A DNA stretch of 63,949 bases, filler included, from Conidiobolus incongruus B7586 (lineage: Eukaryota): the NCBI GenBank assembly GCA_000697335.1. It is 31 parts of 31 records of this genome, joined end to end, with 100 filler letters (N's around TTAATTAATTAA, not from the genome) between each part and the next. Parts side by side here need not be neighbours in the genome. Positions count along the whole stretch, not along the records: positions 53,131 to 57,096 come from JNEM01004768.1; positions 57,197 to 62,523 come from JNEM01004769.1; positions 62,624 to 63,949 come from JNEM01004770.1; 28 more parts are not named here. One strand, 5' to 3'. The notes under the pieces were generated by a model. That model searched no databases. It was not told where the DNA came from and was given only the letters and a program-made list of their open reading frames with translations. Of the stretch, positions 54,878 to 63,949 are shown piece after piece. Positions within the stretch are counted from its first letter, which is position 1; each line of letters starts with the position of its first letter. Both the position numbers and the translations under genes were made by a program.

Positions 54878-56459
54878 TACTAACCTGGAAAAATAAGTTA
54901 TAAAATAAAAATCACTTATATATTTACTTGTAACTTAAACAATTCTTAATTAAATTAATTTAAATTAAAGTATATAATTAAAGTATATTACCTGACTATA
55001 ATAGGTTATATATAATTACATTTAATATAATATTGTTTAATATATCAAATCTTAAATTTTAAATAGGGTGAGTTATAAATTTACAAGTTTAAAAGTTAAA
55101 AGGGTATATAAAATATAAATTACTTTAATATTTTTTCTTTTATTAAAAAATATATATATATATACTAATATTATTATTGTAAATTAATATTTTAAATAAT
55201 ATTAGTATTAAAATATCTAAATCCATCTCTAAAAAGATTCACTTATATATTAATCAACTCTATAATAAAGATAAATCAACTTGTGAGATTGTTGGAATTA
55301 CTAATGCTAGTTAATCTACTATAGCTAAAGCTATTAAAAATTATGGTAAGGATATATTTAAGCTTCAACTTAAATATACTAGGATTATAGATAAACATGA
55401 TAAAAGGTATATTTATAAGTTAGTTAATATAAGTAAATATAATATTATTGTAAAAATATAGAATAAATTACAAGACTATATAAGAATATTAGTTAATACT
55501 AATACTATTATACATATTTTATATTATAATAGATACCACTTACATTTTAAGAAAAAACATCCCCAATTAAAGAAGTCTCATTGTAGAGCTAGATAAGAGT
55601 TTAAATGACATCATTAAAATTAAACTAAAACTAATTAAAGTAAGATTATTTAGTTTAATGAAACAAAAATATATTTTAGTAGATTTAATAAAAAAGCTAA
55701 ATATTTTAGAAAAGATAAAGAACTATCTTATAACTGTTATATTATTTCAACCTAATAATATAATAATGGGTTAATTATAGTTTAGGGATGTATATTATCT
55801 TCTAGTATAAGGTATTTTTGTAAAGTTAATAGGGGAATTAATATTAAAATAAATTAAAATATTCTAAATAATAAATTAAAGAAAATTATTAAATAGTATA
55901 GATTAAATAAATCAGATGTTATTTTCTAACAAAATTATACCTTTTGCTATATTATTATTTCTATTATCAAATGATTTAAAAATATTAAAATAATAGTTAT
56001 AAAATAGTCTCTTTAATCTTTTAACTTTAATTTAATTGAATATCTTTGGGATTAGTTAAAAAAAATAATTAAAGCTTTCCTATTAGCAAAAAATTTAAAT
56101 AAGCTTTGGGAATATATTTAAGAAGGTTAGAACAAAATTAATCCTTCTTAATATAAATAGTTAGTTGACTCTATACCTTATAAACTTAAAAAAGTTAAGA
56201 AAACAAAAGATAAATATATTAAGTTTTAATTTTCTTTCTATAGCCAAAATATACAAATTTATAACTTATCTTAGGTAAAATTTAAACTTTAATATATTAA
56301 CTAAAAGTTAATATAATTGGATCAAATAAACTTAAATATAAATAAAAAATATAAGTTTATTATATATTTTAATTTTAATTAATTTAATTAAGAATTAACA
56401 AAGTTATTGATAATAATATATATAATTATAATTTTATGACTCACTTCTGTAGGTTAGTA
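54878..56459 (+). mobile_element. Full-length mutated Tc1 (DD34E), 1582 bp, ~205-bp IR/DR ends, TA target duplication
   Basis: TA-tactaacctggaaaaataagttataaaat ... attttatgactcacttctgtaggttagta-TA. Long imperfect TIRs with inner repeats at about 55068 and 56260. Confidence 0.92.
55213..56229 (+). pseudogene. Tc1 transposase pseudogene, 339 codons, frame preserved
   Basis: Start ATG>ATA. HTH KSTCEIVGITNAS*STIAKA, I*FNETK (WSDETK), IF*QNY (FQQDN), IEYLWD, ends KF*. Many TAA/TAG derived from CAA/TGG. Landmarks at 55558, 56038 and 56221 are all in one frame. Confidence 0.9.
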
Positions 56460-58379
56460 TATTAGAGTATTTAAATAATTAATTGAAAAAAATAATTTAA
56501 AAATATAAGTTAAATAAATTTTATATTATTTTCTAATAAAATAATTTTTCTATTATAATAAAGTTTTTATTATCATATAACTCAAAGATAATAAGATAAT
56601 AACTATAAAATAGATTTTTTGATTTTTTGATATTAATTTAATTAAATATTTTCAAAATTAAAAAAAATATATTAAAACTTTCCTTCTAATAAAAGATTTA
56701 AATTAATTTCAAAAATATATTTAAAAAATATAAAATAAAATTAACCATACTGATTATATAAAGTTAGTTAATTCTATATCTTGTAAACTTAAAGAAGTTA
56801 AAAAAAATAACAATATATATATTAAGTTTTAATTTTTTTTTATTATTAAAAACTTATAAATCTATAACATATTATAGATAAAATTTAAGTTATGATATCT
56901 TAATCAATAAATATTTAAATATAATTATTTATTGAATTAAAATTTTAATTAATATATATAGTTTGACTTATTTAATTTAAATTGATTTTATTAAATATTT
57001 ATTAAGTAATTAGTAAAGCTATAAATGTTTGTAATTCTATAACGAATTTTTTTAGGTTAATATATATATCTAAATAATTTATAGACTTTTATCTATNNNN
57101 NNNNNNNNNNNNNNNNNNNNNNNNNNNNNNNNNNNNNNNNTTAATTAATTAANNNNNNNNNNNNNNNNNNNNNNNNNNNNNNNNNNNNNNNNNNNNTATA
57201 TATTCAATATATTTACTTTTTCTCTTTTAAATATATACTTTTTGTAATAATATTGATTAATGAAATATTCAACAAAACGATTTATAAATTTGAAAAATAT
57301 TTATCAAAATATTTGGTTTTAATTCTGAAATCAAATTAAAAAATAAAAAAAGTTCAAAAAAATATAAATCAAAATATAATTTAAAAGAATAAAATTTATG
57401 ATGTATATTTATTATAATAAAAATATTTTGTAATTTTGAACTATTAAATAATTTTATTTAAAGTTTAAAATATATATTATATTATACTAATTTAAAATCA
57501 AAAATTAAATATAACTAAAATTTTATCGCAAATAAAATTTAATATCTATATTTATTAAATAATTAAATATACCTCTTTTTCATTTTTAAGATATTTTACA
57601 TAACTTTAAACCACAAAATAATAAAAATTAACGTTATATAAATAAAATACATATGTAATATATTAATAGGAAAAATTTTTTTTTTCTATTTCAAATTATA
57701 TTAAAATAATATAATAATAAAAAATAATATTAAAAAACTTCGATATACACATAAAATCCTTTTAAACTAATTTTGATAAATAAAAGTATAATTAAGAATT
57801 ATGGTTTTAATTTTATATATCATCCTTTCATCAATAAATCAATGATAAATGCATACCAAAATTGTTATTACTTATTTATTATCAATTAATCAAATACCAA
57901 TAATAATAAGTGATGATTATGTGTAAAAAATTAGATAAAAATTTCATATTATATTTGTTCAACAAACATAGAGATAAAAATACTTAAAATATGAAATCGA
58001 TTTCATATAAATTAGAAATCTTGATTATTTCCTTAACCAATGATTAAAAAGATTTTATATAAAATTCGCTTTTAAATAAATTTTTGAATTACAATTATTA
58101 TATAAAAATTTTAATATAAATGAATTGAAATTATAAGGATAATTTTTATTATATTTTTTAATTTAAATTGTAAAATTCAAAATATTTTTTAAATTATAAA
58201 TAAAATTCAAATAAGTTTAAGAAAATGAATGTAATAATTAGATTTATTAATTAATTAAGTTTCATAGTAAATAGAAAAATATAATTATTTCAAAATATGA
58301 AGCAATAATTTGGATGTCTTAAATAATAAAATACTTGTATATAATAAATATATCAATTATTGATGTAACATCAAAATAT

Positions 58380-59640
58380 AATTTAATAAAATTTTGATTT
58401 TATAAACAAAAATATTAATTTACAATATAAAATATATGAAAATAAATATACCATAAAGATTTATTGCTTTCTTTAATTTCTAATAACTTTTTGCTTAACT
58501 ATTCACAATATTTTAACTCCAAATAAATTGTTTTTTTATTATGGTCTAAATTTGATTTTTGATAAATAATTTCCTTGAAAAATTTTCATTCATTTGATCT
58601 AATTTTTTAATTACCAAAAACAATTATAATCACATATGGTATAATCTAAGGAATATACTATATATAATATTTTTTCTAGTCAATTTTGATTAACAGCCTC
58701 TATATAATTATAAATTAATGTATTTTGCAATCATAATTACAAATAATAGTTTTTCTTAATTTAATTTCAAAATAAGCATCAAAAAGATTTTTATAAAAAG
58801 AAGTAATTTAGAGTTTGCTTTTAATTCAATTTTTTTAAGAACTAATTAGGAATAGAATATAATATTATATTCACTTTTAACAATTAACTTTGATTTATCA
58901 ATTTTGTGTTTATTAAAATTACTTTATGCAAGGGGTTGATTTAGACAAATAAAACAATTTAATTCATATAATAGTAGTAATATACAAAGAAATCTAAGGT
59001 TCATTAATGATAAAAATTTAAGGCTAGAACTTTGGTTTTTATAAATATCATTGTAAGTTTGGTTTAGTAATAACAATTTTAATTATTTTTAATCATGTGT
59101 TATATTTTAAAATAATTTTTTGTATTTTATTAATGTTGATTTAAATAATAATAAATTAATAATATTTATTTAACTAATATCATAATGTTGTAATAATTTC
59201 TTTTGTAAAATAAATGGATGATATTTAATATATTATTTAAATTTATAAAAATCAAAATAATTATTTGAAATCCATTATTTAGATTTTAAAACGTTTTGGA
59301 TAGTTTCTCTCCTATCCTTATTATAACCATACGAATATTAAATTATGAACTTAGATAATATTTCATTACTAAATGCTTTTTTTTATTTTTGAAAAATTTG
59401 GCAAGGTATATTTTTAATTTTATTGAAACCTAAATAAATTATAATTTATAATTAAATTATACAAAAATTTAAAAATTTTAGCCTTTTGATTAAAAGATTG
59501 ATTTAATATATATATAATTCAAATCTATATATTCTCTTATGTCTACTTTATATAACTTTTAATATGAAACTATTTTTATGTTAGCATAATAATAAATTTA
59601 ATAAATTTAATATTTTTTTGATTTTAAGATAATAATTAAA
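58380..59640 (-). mobile_element. Diverged mariner copy
   Basis: caattataatcacatatggtataatctaaggaata (YSLDY.ICDYNC) at about 58621, ttttgcaatcata at about 58722, ctaaggttcatta at about 58994. Confidence 0.7.
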
Positions 59641-60299
59641 AATAAACTATTAAAAAATGAATTAATAAAATAAATATCCTTAAAAAAAATACTAAATTAT
59701 TATATATCATATTTATTTTTTCTTTTATTTTTTTATTTGAACATAAATAGAAAATTCTTCTAATATTTTGTTTTAGATTAATTTGAAATTTTTATTTTTT
59801 ACTATTAATATTCAAAATCAAATAACAATAGAAAATTTATACCCATAAAAATAATGAAAATATTTATAAATATTATAAAATTATTAAATAAACATTAATA
59901 TTGGAAATGGTAAATAATTAATATAATTAATAAAATATTACGGTAATGCATATATCCCTTATATATATTAAAACAGATAATATTAAACACATATAATTTT
60001 TTTAAAAATTAACTAAAAAATATAAAACTCTATAATAATAAATATTTTTTGAAAAAATTCAAAAACTATTATAAACTAAATAAAAAATGTTTAATCAACT
60101 ATAAATAATACAAAATAAATTTATTTCATAATATAAGTAAATTCTAATATAATGAGAAAATAGATAATTAATAAAATTATGATTGAGTTATATTTATTAA
60201 TTATTACTTTAATGAATGATTTTTTATTAGAATTTATACGATATATGTAATATTTATAAACTACAACAAATATATATTTAATATAAATTAATAAATTAT

Positions 60300-61700
60300 A
60301 TATATTATATAAGACATAATAATTATTTGATTTATTTGATAATATTTATTTGTTTAATATATTGAATATCATATAATTAATATTTATATTGAAATCGAAA
60401 ATAATATTTAAATATTATAAATATATTATAAATTGATGTTTAAATTATAATTAATTCAATCTTAAAAATAAAAAATATTCTTAAAAATTAGTCACAAAAT
60501 TGACAGTTTTAATTTTAATAGAAAAATTAATATTCAATATAGAAATTTCTTGTTTTTATAATTTGTTTTAATTTGTGGAATATAGAGTCAACTAATTTCT
60601 AATATAAAATAAGATTAATATTATTCCAAATTTTACAAATTTATCAATAAATTAATATATATTTGTTTTAAAATGGTTTAAATATTTTTTTCAATCAAAT
60701 AAAAAGAAAATAATATAGTACAATTATTCATAATTAAAGTTATACTTTATGATATGGATTCTTTGTTTTTTCAGCTATTTCATATTGAAAATTGAAATGT
60801 AGTAAAAAGTATTATTTTTTTGGAAGATAATGTTTGATTTGTTTAACTTATAATATAGAATGTATTTTTCTTTATAAAAATCTTATAATACATTTTATTC
60901 TGAATTCTTTTATATGATAAAAATATATTAAATCTTAAGATGACATATATCTCTAAATTAAAATTATATTATTATTATATTTTTTGAGTTATAATAACAA
61001 ATTAGATATAAAATAATTTATTTGTTTTTGAAATCTAACTTTATTAGTAATTTTATTAAGATTTATCAATTTTATATAAAATTTAAAAACCTTATTCTAC
61101 ATAATTTTAGTTTTATTTTGATTGTTGTATTTAAATTTTTGCTTAATATCATCAAATGACATCATTAATTCAAGTTTTGTTTTCTTGAAATATAAGTAAA
61201 ATATATTTTAATAGAGAATATAATTTATATTATTAATATTAATTAAAATTTTAATATAGTACTATTATTCTTGTTATATTTCTATGTTATCAAAATATAT
61301 ATATTACCTAGTTTATAAATATATATGTTATTACATTTATCTATAACATTAATAAACATAAGTTTAAATATGGGTGTTCTTTAAAATTTTATTTAAAAGC
61401 CCTAGCTTTAATAACATAAATAATATTGATATTTTTTATAGTTTCATAATATGAATAATTTTGATTTAAAAATAAATTATATAAATGTGAATATTTAAAA
61501 AGATAGATTTAACAATTATATTATTAATTTTATCACATAAATTTAAATAATTAAAAAATATATATAATTAAATATAAGAGCAAAAAAAAACAAATAAATA
61601 TTTTGCTTTTTATATCTAATTATTTATATTGACAAAAATTTATAGTTTATCATTGTTATTTTTTAGGTTTTAATATTTTAACAAATAATTTATTTTTTAT
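60300..61700 (-). mobile_element. Diverged Tc1 copy
   Basis: agtcacaaaattgacagtttt inner repeat at about 60490, tatagagtcaactaatttct (KLVDS) at about 60581, ttggaagataa (IFQ) at about 60820. Boundaries approximate. Confidence 0.65.
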
Positions 61701-62623
61701 AATCTAATGAGCTAAAATTAAATAGTATTAGAATACTATATCATTTATTTAATTTTAATTTAAAAATTTTTGACAATATTAGTAAATTTATTAGTGATTT
61801 TAATTTTATAACCATTTAAGAAAAATTAATATATATATTGTTACTATTAAATATATTAATTGAGAAATAATTCAATATATATCAAAATATATAATAAATA
61901 TATTTTAATCATTTATATTAAAGTTTTTTTTCATATATATTAATACATTATTAAAATATCAAATATTTGAATTTTATATGATATAATCTATAATTATAGC
62001 TTTTTTTAATAATAAATTAAAATTGAACTATAATATAATTTTTTTTTGATATTTTAACTTTTTAATATTTGTTACACATAAAATTAACTTATATTTTATA
62101 TACAAAGTGATTTATGAAATTTTAAGATTTATAATTTTATTTTTAAATATAATTTGATTTGATTAAAAATAAGTAAATTTTTATTATACTTTGAATAACC
62201 CTAATAATAATAAATTAGATTTAGGTTAATAAATTATATCTTTTTTTAATTATTATTTTATAATATTCTGTGATAAAAATACTAATTTTAATAAGATATA
62301 GTCATTAAGTAAAAAATATATGATATATTTAAGTTATCTTATTCAATAATTTCTATTATTTATTGATCTGGAATATTTAATAAATTCAATTTTAATATAT
62401 TATTGCTATTTAATATATCAAATATTATAAAATTAAATACATTTTTACACAATAATTATACCAAAAATTTATTTTATAGATAAAATAATATAATAGTCAT
62501 AAAGTATTTATTTTGCAAAATATNNNNNNNNNNNNNNNNNNNNNNNNNNNNNNNNNNNNNNNNNNNNTTAATTAATTAANNNNNNNNNNNNNNNNNNNNN
62601 NNNNNNNNNNNNNNNNNNNNNNN

Positions 62624-63840
62624 AAAAAATAAATATTTTTGAATTATATATATATATATATATATATATAATAGTTTTTTGATTAAAAAAATTATTTTTT
62701 AAAATTGGTTATTTAATTTAATCATATTTAAACCAAATAATAACCATCAAGAGTTATATATTATAGTATTATTAAAACTTAACCATAAGCCCTCTAAAAT
62801 CATTTAAAATTTATAATCAACTTTTAACAATAAAGCATTATTTTAATTAATTATTAATTACTAAATATATTATTTTAAAATTAGAATATAAAATACTTAA
62901 AACCTACCAAAATCTAAAAAATTAACTTTAACTATCACTTTTTTAATTGTGAATAAAGTGAAAAATTATATTAAAAAGCACTTTTTTATTTTAGCTGAAG
63001 AATTATCAAGTGACTTTAATATTAGTTATATAAGTAATATATATATATTAAAGTTTAAATTAAAATTAAATAATAAAAATATAAAATAGGTAACTTATAA
63101 TTGAATTAAGGCTTAAAATAAAGCTAAAATAGCTATTGTTAAACAAAACTTACTAAGTTATAGTTAGATATTAAAGCTTTTATAGTAAATTATTACAATT
63201 AATAAATCCTAGGTTTTTTTGTATAATCCTTTATTAAAACATAAATCAAAGTATTAGATTAAGTTAAATCAACCCTCTCTATAAATTCTTCTAAATAAAT
63301 ACTTTATTTATAAGCAAATATTAATTATTATAATATATTATAATAGCATATGCTATTTTTATTTAATTTTTCAAATAAATCAATTAATAATAAACATTAT
63401 ATTTTTTTTAAATAAAATTATTTTAAATTGGTATTCTGAATATAATTTGAGAACCTATTGTTTTGCATAATAATTATAAAATATATAAATCTAAAGCTAT
63501 AAAAAACTTTCTAATTAAAAATAACTGGAAACAATTATCATATCTAGTATATTCTTAAGATTATAGCCTATGTGATTATAATTCTTTTAGGTAATCAAAA
63601 AACTAGCTTATAGGAAAGAAAAATTTATAAGAAAATTTAATTAGTTTATGAAATATCAAATTTTAGTCCTTAATAAAGAGTATTATTTTTTATATATTAA
63701 ATCTTTGCTAAAAGTATAGCAAAAAGTTTTTAAAAATAAAAAAAATTATGAATTTTATATTATATATTTATTTTTACTTTTTATATATTAAAATATTTTT
63801 TTTCAATCATAAAAAATTCATATAATTTAAATTATAAATT
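62624..63840 (+). mobile_element. Mutated mariner (DD34D) copy
   Basis: ttg cat aat(D) then exactly 34 codons then gat (…tat tct taa gat tat agc cta tgt gat) at 63463-63576. (TA)n in 5' UTR, 3' TIR at about 63805-63840. Confidence 0.88.
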
Positions 63841-63949
63841 AATATATTAATATTTAAAACTCAAAAAATATATTTCCAATAAAAAAGATTATTAAAAAAA
63901 ATTAATTTATATTTAGAATATTAGACTTAAGTCTTTAATAATAAGGGTT

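Larger units (their letters stand above)
54453..57062 (+). mobile_element. Older host Tc1 in two pieces (54453-54877 and 56460-57062)
   Basis: The two pieces rejoin across the TA duplication as gga att aat att aat ata TAt tag agt att (GIN..YQSI). Own 3' terminus at about 57035-57062. Confidence 0.8.

Noticed and set aside
3389..62623. Recurring TTAATTAATTAA units as a CRISPR-like or biological repeat
   Set aside because: Always centred in exactly 44+44 Ns, so it is an assembly linker. Adjacency and distances across linkers are unreliable.
1..63949. Organelle, endosymbiont or stop-codon-reassigned genome explaining the AT richness and in-frame TAA/TAG
   Set aside because: Genes have GT-AG introns, end at TAA/TAG and have no internal stops. 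Stops in transposases differ between copies and replace both Trp and Gln, which fits mutation rather than recoding.

Overview
Extremely AT-rich eukaryotic (fungal-type) nuclear DNA. It is 31 short contigs joined by 30 identical artificial 100-nt linkers (N44-TTAATTAATTAA-N44). A small gene island at about 10.3-18 kb holds tRNA-Cys(GCA), a 4-exon SWP1/ribophorin II gene, a small SMP/LEA-like gene and a 4-exon CCDC47/DUF1682 gene, with introns of 45-61 nt. Most of the rest is a transposon graveyard: more than 12 copies of a Tc1-type DD34E element with long IR/DR ends, about 15 copies or fragments of a DD34D mariner, one Ty3/Gypsy pol relic and some unidentified repeats, often nested at TA sites. 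The copies are inactivated by dense, copy-specific C>T/G>A transitions (mainly CpA/TpG>TpA) with reading frames largely preserved, while single-copy genes are intact. This looks like RIP-type repeat-targeted mutagenesis. It would be notable if the host is a non-Dikarya fungus, which I infer but cannot prove here. Boundaries of decayed copies are approximate.
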